64,000 nucleotides of DNA, from positions 94,622-158,621 of the forward strand of contig SUUY01000001.1 of the NCBI GenBank assembly GCA_015062285.1, in the 5' to 3' direction. The stretch is from Alphaproteobacteria bacterium. Lineage in GTDB: Bacteria; Pseudomonadota; Alphaproteobacteria; RF32; CAG-239. Below the pieces are notes generated by a model that did no database searches, was not told the origin of the DNA, and saw only the letters and a list, made by a program, of their open reading frames with translations. The position numbers and the translations under genes are program-made. Of the stretch, positions 1 through 9,360 are shown piece after piece. Positions within the stretch are counted from its first letter, which is position 1, and each line of letters opens with the position of its first letter.

Positions 1-523
1 ATAATACAACCTGACCATCAGCATTGTCATTGGCGGCTACGCACACATATTTACCATTTTCTGTGCAGGTTTCTGCCAAAGCAACAACATTTTGATATGA
101 GGCACCGATAACTGCCGCCATACCTCCAACACCAACGGGAACAGCTTTTTGCATAGCATCGCCGCGGGTGCGGAGCAGTCTTGCCGTATCAGCCAATGAA
201 AACACTCCGGCTGCACAAGCAGCGGAATATTCACCCAAAGAGTGACCGGCAACAAAACTTGCATGATTGGTGATATCTATATTAAATTCTTTTTTCAAAA
301 CATTAACAACAGCCAACGAATGAGCCATTAATGCCGGTTGGGCATTAGAGGTTAAAGTTAGTTCTGCTTCAGGACCTTCGGTCATGAGTTTGAACAAATT
401 TTGATTGAGAGCATCGTTAACTTCGTTAAATACATCTTTAGCCGAGGTAAAATTATCGGCAAGTCCTTTTCCCATGCCTACAAATTGCGATCCTTGGCCG
501 GGAAAAACAAAAGCGTTAGTCAT
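1..523 (-). CDS. fabD: malonyl CoA-acyl carrier protein transacylase, N-terminal portion (gene continues past window start)
   Basis: Minus-strand translation from ATG (complement of cat at 521-523) reads MTNAFVFPGQGSQFVGMGKGL...FVAGHSLGEYSAACAAGV, carrying the FabD GQGSQ and GHSLGE active-site motifs; open to position 1. Confidence 0.8.
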   Translation of the reverse strand, partial: MTNAFVFPGQGSQFVGMGKGLADNFTSAKDVFNEVNDALNQNLFKLMTEGPEAELTLTSNAQPALMAHSLAVVNVLKKEFNIDITNHASFVAGHSLGEYSAACAAGVFSLADTARLLRTRGDAMQKAVPVGVGGMAAVIGASYQNVVALAETCTENGKYVCVAANDNADGQVVL

Positions 524-681
524 ATAATTATCCTTGTTATTAAAACAACGATTTTAGGTTTATACTTCAAGTGCAAAAAGTCAAGTTTTAAAAGCCTTTT
601 ATCCGCGGTTTTGTTAAGAGAATATTGATAATTAGCTGCTATTATTTCGGTAATTGTTTTTTTATTTATAGGTTAGGACTT

Positions 682-2937
682 ATGGCAAAGCAAAAGAAAA
701 AAACGTGGTGGAAAAATATAGTTGCAATTTTATTTGGGACAATATTGCTTTTGTGGACTGGCAGTTTAGTGACAAGTTGCTTGTTTTATGATGTTTTTGA
801 TGCCGGATTTAATAATGTTAATTCACGCCCGATTACAAACTTGTTAGGATTGTATGGAGCCAAAAGTGCAGATGCAATTCTTACTTGGTGGGGCATTTCG
901 TTGGTGATATTTTTAGCTGCACCTTTGGTTTGGAGTGTTGAGCTGATACGCAGGAAAGAACTGCTACATAAGTATTGGAGGTTTTTGGCATTTGGCTTAG
1001 GTGTGGTTTGCTTATCAATATTTATGGAGCTTACTTTATCTTATGTGAATGGTTTTAGAGTGGGTGGAAATGTCGGAAAATTTTTAGCTGTTCAATTTTT
1101 GAATTTAGCTAATAGGTTATGCTCATTTGCTTACATAAGATATGTTTTGGCTACGATATTCGGTTTGGTTGCGTTGGTTTCTTTTAATTTGGCTTGCGGA
1201 GTTACGTTTAGCGGTTGGTTCAGATTGATAAAAAACGTGTGGAAGATGATTGTTGTTGTTGGTGGTGGGACAGTAGCTGTATTAGGAAATTTAAAAAATG
1301 TATTTTCCAATAGAAAAACAAAGCCAAAAGTTAAAAAGACTAAATCTCCAAAAGTCAGAAAAGAGCCAAAAATGAAAGAAGAGACTTTGGCCAAACCTAA
1401 AGAGACTATTAAAATAGCAAAACCCAAGCCGTTAGATGACGGATATGAGTTGCCGGATATTAATTTGTTATCTATGAACAAAGAAAAAACAGCTAATGTG
1501 AATCAGAAAGAATTGGAAAAGATTGCTGTCGAGTTGGAAGGTGTTTTGCAAGAATTTGGGGTGAACGGAAAAATTGTGAAAGTTCGTCCGGGACCGGTGG
1601 TAACACTATATGAATTGGAACCGGCACCGGGAACAAAAACGGCAAGAGTGATTGGCTTGGCAGATGATATTGCTCGTTCTATGAGTGCTGTTTCGGTGCG
1701 TATAGCCGTTGTTCCAGGGTCTAACACTATCGGTATTGAACTTCCAAACCCGAAAAGAGAGATTGTGTATTTGCGTGAATTATTAGAAAGCAATGATTTT
1801 GCAGATTCAAAGTCGGCCCTTACTATTACTTTGGGTAAAGATATCGGGGGTAAAAATGTTTATGCCGATTTAGCTAAGATGCCTCACTTGTTGGTAGCGG
1901 GTACAACCGGTTCAGGTAAGTCTGTGGGTGTAAATTCAATGATTATTTCATTGTTGTATAAAATGCGTCCTGATGAATGTAAGCTTATTATGATTGATCC
2001 GAAAATGTTGGAGTTTACCATGTATAACGGTATTCCTCATTTGTTGACACCGGTGATTACAGATCCGGCCAAAGCTGTGATAGGTCTCAAATGGGCAGTT
2101 AAAGAAATGGAAGACAGATATCGGGCTATGGCACAATTAAATGTGCGTAATATTACCGGGTATAACAAGAGATTGGAAGAATTACGAGCCAGCGGTGGTA
2201 AGGTGAGTAGAACAGTACAAACCGGATTTGATATGGAAACAGGAAAGCCGATATATGAAGAGCAAGAGCTAGATTTGACGCCATTGCCCTATATTGTGAT
2301 TGTGGTTGATGAAATGGCTGATTTGATGTTGGTGGCAGGCAAAGATGTGGAAGCGGCTATTCAACGTTTGGCACAAATGGCGCGTGCGGCAGGTATTCAC
2401 TTAATTATGTCAACACAAAGACCATCGGTTGATGTAATTACCGGTACAATTAAAGCTAACTTTCCAACAAGAATCAGTTTTCAGGTTACTTCAAAAATTG
2501 ATAGTCGTACGATATTGGGTGAGCAAGGGGCGGAACAACTTTTAGGTATGGGCGACATGTTGTATATGCCGGCAGGACAAAGGCCAAACCGAGTACATGC
2601 TCCGTTTGTAAAAGATAGTGAAGTTGAAAAAGTGGTTGAGTTTTTGAAAACCCAAAGAGAACCTGAATATGTGGAATCTGTGACAGAGGGTGAGTTATCT
2701 GATAAAAGTGGCGGTTCTGCGGTGTTTGACAGTGGTGATTTTGGAGCAGGGAGTAGTGATGATGACTTGTATCGTCAGGCTGTGCAAATTGTCCAAAATG
2801 ATAAAAAAGCATCAACCAGCTATGTGCAAAGACGACTACGTATAGGATATAACCGAGCTGCGTTAATTATTGAACGAATGGAACAAGAAGGAATTGTAAC
2901 TCCGGCGGATCATTCAGGACGAAGGGAAGTTATATAA
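682..2937 (+). CDS. ftsK: DNA translocase FtsK (N-terminal TM domain, Lys/Pro-rich linker, C-terminal FtsK/SpoIIIE motor with gamma domain)
   Basis: ORF-track 625..2937; likely start is the ATG at 682 (MAKQKKK); Walker A GTTGSGKS and conserved motor-domain blocks LLVAGTTGSGKSVGVNSMI...VIVVDEMADLM...RAAGIHLIMSTQRPS. Confidence 0.9.
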   Translation: MAKQKKKTWWKNIVAILFGTILLLWTGSLVTSCLFYDVFDAGFNNVNSRPITNLLGLYGAKSADAILTWWGISLVIFLAAPLVWSVELIRRKELLHKYWRFLAFGLGVVCLSIFMELTLSYVNGFRVGGNVGKFLAVQFLNLANRLCSFAYIRYVLATIFGLVALVSFNLACGVTFSGWFRLIKNVWKMIVVVGGGTVAVLGNLKNVFSNRKTKPKVKKTKSPKVRKEPKMKEETLAKPKETIKIAKPKPLDDGYELPDINLLSMNKEKTANVNQKELEKIAVELEGVLQEFGVNGKIVKVRPGPVVTLYELEPAPGTKTARVIGLADDIARSMSAVSVRIAVVPGSNTIGIELPNPKREIVYLRELLESNDFADSKSALTITLGKDIGGKNVYADLAKMPHLLVAGTTGSGKSVGVNSMIISLLYKMRPDECKLIMIDPKMLEFTMYNGIPHLLTPVITDPAKAVIGLKWAVKEMEDRYRAMAQLNVRNITGYNKRLEELRASGGKVSRTVQTGFDMETGKPIYEEQELDLTPLPYIVIVVDEMADLMLVAGKDVEAAIQRLAQMARAAGIHLIMSTQRPSVDVITGTIKANFPTRISFQVTSKIDSRTILGEQGAEQLLGMGDMLYMPAGQRPNRVHAPFVKDSEVEKVVEFLKTQREPEYVESVTEGELSDKSGGSAVFDSGDFGAGSSDDDLYRQAVQIVQNDKKASTSYVQRRLRIGYNRAALIIERMEQEGIVTPADHSGRREVI

Positions 2938-2941
2938 AATT

Positions 2942-2973
2942 AAAAGCCTCTGTTGAAACGACAGAGGCTTTTA
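2942..2973. terminator. bidirectional rho-independent terminator (ftsK / downstream minus-strand gene)
   Basis: 8-bp GC-containing stem GCCTCTGT / ACAGAGGC with 7-nt loop, flanked by A-run on one side and T-run on the other. Confidence 0.6.
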
Positions 2974-2999
2974 GGTTGAAGATCTAGTTTTTTAGAAAA

Positions 3000-3392
3000 T
3001 TATACGTCTATTGGCAGATGTATAACCTGGTCTTTAAATTCTTGATACAATTTTTTGCAATGATAAGATGCTATTCGGTACAGCAACATAGCAATAATTG
3101 ATAATACTATACATACATAAAAGAGGGCGAAGTTTCCTTTAATCATAAGAATAAAAGTAGGGATCACGAGAATGGCGAATATACTCATAATCACACCTCC
3201 ACCTACCAATCCACCGTAAATAATTAGTTTTTGTTCTTTTATGCTCGCATCTAGAGCATGTTTGCTTTTGGCATAGATATACATACCGCGCCATTTGGCG
3301 TAATAATTATATCCGCAATCTTCAGGGTATGCATCATACCGTGCATAGAAAGTTTCTTTTTCGTTCATAAAAAGCAGTTTAAAATAATTCAT
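3000..3392 (-). CDS. hypothetical small membrane protein (two predicted TM helices)
   Basis: 130-aa ORF with two long hydrophobic stretches; no recognisable family. Confidence 0.4.
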   Translation of the reverse strand: MNYFKLLFMNEKETFYARYDAYPEDCGYNYYAKWRGMYIYAKSKHALDASIKEQKLIIYGGLVGGGVIMSIFAILVIPTFILMIKGNFALFYVCIVLSIIAMLLYRIASYHCKKLYQEFKDQVIHLPIDV

Positions 3393-3536
3393 AAATAGGA
3401 TTAACAGACTTTGGAGTATAAATTAGTAGCATTTATTTAGCAAGATATTTATAAAGATTGAAAAGTCTTTATTAGTAGTAAAATACGCTTGCAAAAATAT
3501 AAAAAAAAGATTAGTAACAGAAAAACAAAATATGTT

Positions 3537-3628
3537 GGATGAGTGGCAGAGAGGCTGAATGCGCGCGACTCGAAATCGTGAATACGGGGTAACTCGTATC
3601 GGGGGTTCAAATCCCTCCTCATCCGCCA
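3537..3628 (+). tRNA. tRNA-Ser (anticodon CGA), long variable arm, encoded CCA
   Basis: Acceptor stem GGATGAG/CTCATCC, anticodon loop CTCGAAA (CGA), extended variable arm, T-arm GGGGGTTCAAATCCCTC, discriminator G then CCA; followed directly by a hairpin terminator. Confidence 0.85.
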
Positions 3629-3632
3629 TTAA

Positions 3633-3664
3633 AGAAAAAGCCTGTCCTTGTGGCAGGCTTTTTC
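3633..3664 (+). terminator. rho-independent terminator downstream of tRNA-Ser
   Basis: AAAAAGCCTGTCC ttgt GGCAGGCTTTTTCTTT hairpin with T-run. Confidence 0.6.
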
Positions 3665-3792
3665 TTTAATTTGAGGTGAGATGATTTGAATCCCCGATAA
3701 GAAGGGGGTTCACTACAAGACACAGGCATACGGGAGTATGCCGGTAGCCTTTAAGGCTAGTGTCGCAGAGGCAACTTAAGAGAAGCGAAAAG

Positions 3793-3860
3793 TAAATCCC
3801 TCCTCATCCGCCATTAAAGAAAAAGCCTGTCCTTGTGGCAGGCTTTTTCTTTAATCTGAG
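3793..3860. repeat. second copy of a ~68-bp direct repeat (first copy 3609..3676) comprising the 3' 20 nt of tRNA-Ser plus the terminator hairpin
   Basis: aaatccctcctcatccgccattaaagaaaaagcctgtccttgtggcaggctttttctttaat occurs twice with one mismatch in the trailing bases (ttgagg vs ctgagg), separated by ~117 bp of unique sequence; the second hairpin also terminates the minus-strand kef gene. Confidence 0.8.
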
Positions 3861-5803
3861 GATGCGGTTGCTTCAGTTTCTTTACCATCTGTTGATGTAG
3901 TTTGTTCTTTGTTTTCTTCTTTGTTGCGTCCGGCTAAATTAGTTAAAAACTGTTTTTCTATTTTCATATATTGATTAAACAGCCAACGTGACTGAAATAG
4001 AACAAAAACGGATATAGCAACCATAAAAATAGTAACGTTGTTGTTTTCTGTTAAAAATTGGTGGATAGCAATTACGATGAAAAACATCACAACCAATAGT
4101 CTAAAACTGGTTAGCAATATTAGAGGAAAGCGATTTAGTTTTTTTGCAGTCCATAATTTGAAATAAAGAGCCGCAATTTTTTGATTAGATACAAAAAAGT
4201 TGCGAGCATGTTCAATTTCACCGGTCATATGGCAAAAATCAAATTTTTCTTCTAATTTTTTGATGGCAGAAGGGTGGTTTTCATCGGTTGGCTTTTTGCG
4301 GCTTAATTTACAAGCGATAGCTGCTAACTTTTCTTTGAAATATACGGGTAGAACAGATTCCCAACCTATTAGGGCTTTTAGGAAAGGTGCCATAACAATG
4401 AGGGTTATAGAGGTGACTACTATTCTGGCGGGAATATTGGGTAAATATTCGTGAATGAATGGTTTTAAGAAATAATTAGATGCTCCCAAAATAGCAGACA
4501 ATATCATGGAAAATAAGACCATGCGAATGGTATAATTTCTAAACAGAAGTTTCCATCTTTTTTCTTCCATTTTAGTTTCATCAGCAAGAGATGTATTACG
4601 TTCAATATATTTGTTCAGATTTGAGGGAATTATTTTAACAATGCGTTTGTAGAACGGATCTGAGGCTTTGATCATCATAGGTGTTAAAAATGTTGTTATT
4701 ACCGAAACAGCAACAATTATTGGATAAATTTTTTCGCTTAAAACTCCTAAACTTAAACCTAAACTAGCAATAATAAATGCAAATTCGCCAACTTGAGCAA
4801 GAGAAAAACCTCCTTGAATTGATGTTTTTAGATTCTGTCCGGAATATAAAAAGCCAAAGCAAGAAAAACTAACCTTACCTATAATAACAATGAGTGTTAT
4901 AACAAATATCGGTCCGGCATAAGTAATAAACATCGCCGGATTAACCATCATGCCAACGGATACAAAAAATACTGCGCCGAAGAAATCTTTGATTGGTTTT
5001 AAGACGCTTTCTATACGATTGATAATGTCAGTGTCGGCTAATATTGAGCCCATAATAAATGCTCCGAGGGCTGATGAAAACCCTGTATAAGTGGCAAGCA
5101 ATACCATGCTGAAACACAAACCAATAATAGTTAAGAGTAAAAGTTCATCATTTAATAGCGGGGTTACTTTTTTTAGCAAAGTCGGAACCAAATATATTCC
5201 AGAGATAAAACATAGCACGAGGAAAAATACTAATTTTAGAGTGCTGACAATTAATTCTTCGCTATTGATATTGTTGCCTAAAGCAATAGTCGGAAGTAAT
5301 ACCAAAAGTAAAATGCCAACAATGTCTTCAACTACAAGCACCCCAAAAACCAGGTCGGTGAATTTTTGCTTTTTTACGTTTAGATCGTCAAAAGCTTTAA
5401 TTATAATGGTTGTAGAAGACATAGAAATCATGCTGCCCAAAAAGAAGCTGTCTATTACCGGCCAATCTAACAAAAGTCCGACGTTGTAGCCTAAAAAAAG
5501 CATAAATAAGATATTGGCCATGGCTGTAATCATTGCAGATTTGCCAACGTTTATCATTTTACTGAAGCTAAATTCGAGGCCGAGGCTAAAAAGCAAAAAG
5601 ATAACACCAATGTCTGCCCAAAGAGAAATATCTTCTTTATCGGTGATAGTAGGTAAAAAATTGAAGTGAGGGCCAACTAAAATGCCGGCCAAAAGGTATG
5701 CCAAAACGGTTGGTTGTTTAAGCTTTTTAAAGATAAGCGTAAAAATGGTGGCATAAATAGTAATCAGTGTTAAATCTATGATTAAGGCATGTATAGAATG
5801 CAT
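3851..5803 (-). CDS. CPA2-family monovalent cation:proton antiporter (Kef/NhaP-like) with long charged C-terminal extension
   Basis: 650 aa, ~12 TM helices, N-terminal AYLLAGILVGPH motif typical of Kef-type Na+/K+:H+ antiporters. Confidence 0.75.
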   Translation of the reverse strand: MHSIHALIIDLTLITIYATIFTLIFKKLKQPTVLAYLLAGILVGPHFNFLPTITDKEDISLWADIGVIFLLFSLGLEFSFSKMINVGKSAMITAMANILFMLFLGYNVGLLLDWPVIDSFFLGSMISMSSTTIIIKAFDDLNVKKQKFTDLVFGVLVVEDIVGILLLVLLPTIALGNNINSEELIVSTLKLVFFLVLCFISGIYLVPTLLKKVTPLLNDELLLLTIIGLCFSMVLLATYTGFSSALGAFIMGSILADTDIINRIESVLKPIKDFFGAVFFVSVGMMVNPAMFITYAGPIFVITLIVIIGKVSFSCFGFLYSGQNLKTSIQGGFSLAQVGEFAFIIASLGLSLGVLSEKIYPIIVAVSVITTFLTPMMIKASDPFYKRIVKIIPSNLNKYIERNTSLADETKMEEKRWKLLFRNYTIRMVLFSMILSAILGASNYFLKPFIHEYLPNIPARIVVTSITLIVMAPFLKALIGWESVLPVYFKEKLAAIACKLSRKKPTDENHPSAIKKLEEKFDFCHMTGEIEHARNFFVSNQKIAALYFKLWTAKKLNRFPLILLTSFRLLVVMFFIVIAIHQFLTENNNVTIFMVAISVFVLFQSRWLFNQYMKIEKQFLTNLAGRNKEENKEQTTSTDGKETEATASSD

Positions 5804-5919
5804 GTTTTTGTTTCCGTTTATTTAATTTATGTGGTAGGTGAGGATAACAAAAAAATATTAATTTTTCTTAAAATTTGTAGTATATAATAAGCTTTAATCT
5901 GGTTTATCTATGTGATTTT

Positions 5920-7155
5920 ATGAGGCACAAAATGAATGAAAATGCAAACTCTACTCCTCGGTCTTTGAGAATTGTGATTACTCTTATTGGAAGGAGAAAT
6001 GTTGGAAAATCATCTTTAATAAATTCAATTTGCGGACAAAATGTGTCTATCGTATCTGATGTTGCCGGAACAACAACAGATGCCGTTGCAAAATCATATG
6101 AATTATCAGGCCTTGGGGCCGTTACTTTTTATGATACTGCCGGATTGGACGATGAAGGAGATTTGGGACAACAAAGAATCAGTGCAACAAAAAAAGTTTT
6201 ATATAAAACAGATATTGCGGTGCTGGTAATTGGTACAGACGGCATACAGGAAAGCGATGCGGAAATCGTTAAAGATGTTAGAGAAATGAAGATTCCGTTA
6301 TTGGTTGTTTTTAACAAAACAGATATTTCAAGTCCCAAGGTGGAAGATAAGAAATGGGTGGAGCAAAATAATGTACAATATGTTGAAGTTTCTGCAGAAA
6401 AATCAGAAAACATAAACGTGCTAAAACAAAAAATTTCCGATATTGTTCCTGAAGATTTGAGGCAAGATCCTCTTTTGGCCGGCGACTTGTTTGCTGCGGG
6501 TGATGTTGTTGTGTTAGTAACACCAATAGATTATTCCGCTCCCAAAGGGCGTTTGATATTGCCTCAAGTGCAGGTTCTCAGAGAAATATTAGATAAAGGC
6601 GCAAAAGGGATAATAGTAAAAGAAACCGAATTGGAAAGTATATTGATGTTATTAAAGCAAAAGCCTGCTTTAATAATATCAGATTCACAGGTTATTATGA
6701 AAGTGGCAACTATTGTACCACAAGATGTACCTTTAACGACTTTTTCGATATTGTTTGCAAGAAATAAAGGGGATATTAGGGTAATGTATAGTGGGGCTTC
6801 AGCTATAGATGACCTGAAAGACGGGGACAAGGTTTTAATAGCCGAAGCTTGCTCACATCATGCTATGGAAGATGATATCGGAAAGGTGAAAATACCAAAT
6901 TGGTTAAAAAAATATACCGGAAAAAATTTGATGTTTGATTTTTGTCATGGTGGTGATTTTCCAGATAATTTAGAACAATATTCTTTAGTAATACATTGTG
7001 GAGCGTGCATGATAAACAGAACAGAAATGGTGAGAAGACTTAATGAATGTGTGCGCCGAGGAGTGAAAATAACTAACTATGGGGTAGTGATTTCTAAAAC
7101 TCAAGGAGTGTTGGAAAGAGTTGTGGAGCCATTAAAGATAAAGGAAAATATATAA
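5920..7155 (+). CDS. hydF: HydF-like [FeFe]-hydrogenase maturation GTPase
   Basis: N-terminal GTPase motifs G1 GRRNVGKSS, G2 GTTTD, G3 DTAG, G4 NKTD; central PKGRLILPQV...DSQVIMKVA block; C-terminal FeS-binding motif CSHH...x44-50...HCGAC with TNYGVVIS tail; collinear with characterised HydF proteins. Confidence 0.7.
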   Translation: MRHKMNENANSTPRSLRIVITLIGRRNVGKSSLINSICGQNVSIVSDVAGTTTDAVAKSYELSGLGAVTFYDTAGLDDEGDLGQQRISATKKVLYKTDIAVLVIGTDGIQESDAEIVKDVREMKIPLLVVFNKTDISSPKVEDKKWVEQNNVQYVEVSAEKSENINVLKQKISDIVPEDLRQDPLLAGDLFAAGDVVVLVTPIDYSAPKGRLILPQVQVLREILDKGAKGIIVKETELESILMLLKQKPALIISDSQVIMKVATIVPQDVPLTTFSILFARNKGDIRVMYSGASAIDDLKDGDKVLIAEACSHHAMEDDIGKVKIPNWLKKYTGKNLMFDFCHGGDFPDNLEQYSLVIHCGACMINRTEMVRRLNECVRRGVKITNYGVVISKTQGVLERVVEPLKIKENI

Positions 7156-7716
7156 ATGGCTTATGTTGTATATAGTATAGGTTGGTTAGCTATAATTTTT
7201 AATATATATTGGATTGTGAGCTTTGTTAAGAGTGGTTTTGGAAAATACCCACCATGCATAATTTCCTTTGGATTTGCAAAAAAAAAGGTGTTGGAGCAAG
7301 CTAAAAAATATATAAGAGTAAACAGTGGTATGCAGACAATTGTTGATCTGGGGTGTGGATGCGGAGATTTGTTGTTGCCTTTGGCAAAAGAATTTCCTCA
7401 ACACAGGTTTGTTGGTATAGAACGAGATATAATAGTATATTTTTTGGTAAAACTGCGTTCATTAAAATATAAAAATATAAAAATAATATGGGGTGATTTT
7501 TTGAATAAAGATTGGACACAATTTGATGTGTTTGTTTGTTATTTGGGAAATGAAATAGCTCCGTTTGTTGCAAAAAAGTTTCTCATAGAAGCAAAAGAAA
7601 AAGCAGTGCTTGTTTCGGAGGTTTTTGCAATGCCAAATTTATACGAAGTAGAAAAATTTGATATTAAAACCTGTAAGCTTCCCACGAATGTTTTTGTATA
7701 TAAGAAAATAAAGTAG
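7156..7716 (+). CDS. small class I SAM-dependent methyltransferase with N-terminal hydrophobic helix
   Basis: Motif I VDLGCGCGDL and downstream acidic motif II/III spacing; start codon abuts the hydF stop codon (likely co-transcribed). Confidence 0.5.
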   Translation: MAYVVYSIGWLAIIFNIYWIVSFVKSGFGKYPPCIISFGFAKKKVLEQAKKYIRVNSGMQTIVDLGCGCGDLLLPLAKEFPQHRFVGIERDIIVYFLVKLRSLKYKNIKIIWGDFLNKDWTQFDVFVCYLGNEIAPFVAKKFLIEAKEKAVLVSEVFAMPNLYEVEKFDIKTCKLPTNVFVYKKIK

Positions 7717-7717
7717 T

Positions 7718-9076
7718 TTAAGATTGTTCAAGCGTTTTGACTATTTCTTCTGTTACTTTTTTGGCATCGCCATACAACATTATGGTATTATCAGCAAAAA
7801 ACAGAGGATTTTCTACGCCGGAATAACCACTTGCAAGACTTCTTTTTACAAAAAATACGGTCTTAGCTTTTTCTACATCCAGAATTGGCATTCCGTAGAT
7901 GGGTGAGGAAGGATCGGTTCGTGCTAGCGGGTTGGTGATATCGTTAGCACCGATAACATAAGCTACGTCAGCTGTAGCAAATTCTCGGTTAATGTCTTCT
8001 AATTCAAAAACTTCATCATAGGGCACATTTGCTTCGGCCAACAAAACATTCATATGTCCGGGCATTCTTCCGGCAACAGGATGAATCGCATATTTAACTT
8101 CTACTCCATAACGATTGTGCAAATCATCGGCCATTTCTTTTAATACATGTTGAGCTTGAGCCACAGCCATACCATATCCGGGAACAATGATAACTTTGTT
8201 GGCATTTTCCATAATAAAAGCGGCATCTTCGGGGCTTCCGGATTTGGCGGTTTTGTCTGAAGAGTTAACTTGTGAAGTGTTTGTTTGTGTTCCAAAACCT
8301 CCAAGCATCACGCTAATAAGTGAGCGATTCATAGACTTGACCATAATATATGATAAAATTGCTCCGCTTGCACCAACAATCGCACCGACAATGATTAGAA
8401 CTACATTGTTAAGAGAGAAACCAATTCCGACAGCTGCCCAACCGGAATAAGCATTTAGAATCGATATGACTACAGGCATATCTGCACCGCCGATTGGTAA
8501 AACAAGCAAAATTCCTAAAAGTGTGGTAATAGCAGCAATATAATAAAAAATCAGAGGATTGTGGTTGATTATATAATAACCACATAGTGTTATGGTTGCT
8601 AAAGCAAATATCAGGTTTATAGCTTGTTGTCCCTTGAAAACAATTGCTTTGGCTTGAATAAGACCTTGCAGTTTGGCATATGCAATTATAGAGCCGGAAA
8701 AAGCAAGTCCTCCAATTACCAAGCCAATCAGATTGTTAAAAAATGAAGATGAGCCAGAAATTACTTCGACTAATGAAATTAAAACGGCAGACAAACCTCC
8801 TAATCCGTTAAAAATAGCAACCATTTGCGGAAGAGAAGTCATTTTTACTTTAAGGGCAAAGTAAATTCCGACAATGGCACCTAGGAAAATGGCTATTAAT
8901 GCATTGGACCAATTATAGTTGGGGTTTGATATAATTGTGGCTCCAATGGCGATAATAATTCCTAAAATGCCTAATGAGTTGCCTTTGCGAGCCGTTTGTG
9001 GAGAAGATAATCCTCTGATGCTGAAAATAAGTAGTATGGCGGAAATTAAATATGAATAAGATAGAAATACAGGCAT
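7718..9076 (-). CDS. pntB: NAD(P) transhydrogenase subunit beta
   Basis: 452 aa, multi-TM N-terminus and C-terminal NADP(H)-binding domain (VIIVPGYGMAVAQAQH...GANDITNP). Confidence 0.9.
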   Translation of the reverse strand: MPVFLSYSYLISAILLIFSIRGLSSPQTARKGNSLGILGIIIAIGATIISNPNYNWSNALIAIFLGAIVGIYFALKVKMTSLPQMVAIFNGLGGLSAVLISLVEVISGSSSFFNNLIGLVIGGLAFSGSIIAYAKLQGLIQAKAIVFKGQQAINLIFALATITLCGYYIINHNPLIFYYIAAITTLLGILLVLPIGGADMPVVISILNAYSGWAAVGIGFSLNNVVLIIVGAIVGASGAILSYIMVKSMNRSLISVMLGGFGTQTNTSQVNSSDKTAKSGSPEDAAFIMENANKVIIVPGYGMAVAQAQHVLKEMADDLHNRYGVEVKYAIHPVAGRMPGHMNVLLAEANVPYDEVFELEDINREFATADVAYVIGANDITNPLARTDPSSPIYGMPILDVEKAKTVFFVKRSLASGYSGVENPLFFADNTIMLYGDAKKVTEEIVKTLEQS

Positions 9077-9360
9077 TATTTTTTCTCCTTTTTCTTAAAC
9101 ATCAAAAGCATACGATGTGAAATGGCGAATCCGCCAAATATGTTTACAGATGCTAAGAATATGGCTAAGAAACCAAATATTTGTGATAAATTATCGTTTG
9201 ATGATTGTATAGATATGAGGGCTCCGACGATGACAATGCCAGATATTGCATTTGATACGCTCATTAAAGGGGAGTGAAGAGCCGGTGTTACGCCCCATAC
9301 TACAAAGTAGCCGATAAAACATGCTAAAATAAAAACAGTGATAAGAAAAAAAAGATGCAT
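9076..9360 (-). CDS. pntA: NAD(P) transhydrogenase subunit alpha part 2 (membrane segment, PntAB)
   Basis: 94-aa 3-TM protein between pntAA and pntB, as in the split alpha-proteobacterial pnt operon. Confidence 0.8.
   Translation of the reverse strand: MHLFFLITVFILACFIGYFVVWGVTPALHSPLMSVSNAISGIVIVGALISIQSSNDNLSQIFGFLAIFLASVNIFGGFAISHRMLLMFKKKEKK

Noticed and set aside
401-628. ORF 401..628 (+) and 37..264 (-)
   Set aside because: They lie within or over the 5' part of the fabD gene / its upstream region in wrong frames. fabD is clearly read on the minus strand from 523.
1131-1481. Antisense ORFs inside ftsK (1131..1481, 1503..1793, 1948..2136, 2486..2815 minus strand) and similar antisense ORFs inside most long genes (e.g. 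12487..12924, 25132..25644, 57733..58251)
   Set aside because: Fully embedded opposite well-supported conserved genes, low-complexity translations, no start context. Typical six-frame noise in AT-rich DNA.
3669-3792. Possible second tRNA or tRNA pseudogene between the two repeat copies
   Set aside because: No acceptor/D/anticodon/T cloverleaf can be drawn. Only short hairpins are present. Kept as part of the repeat finding instead.
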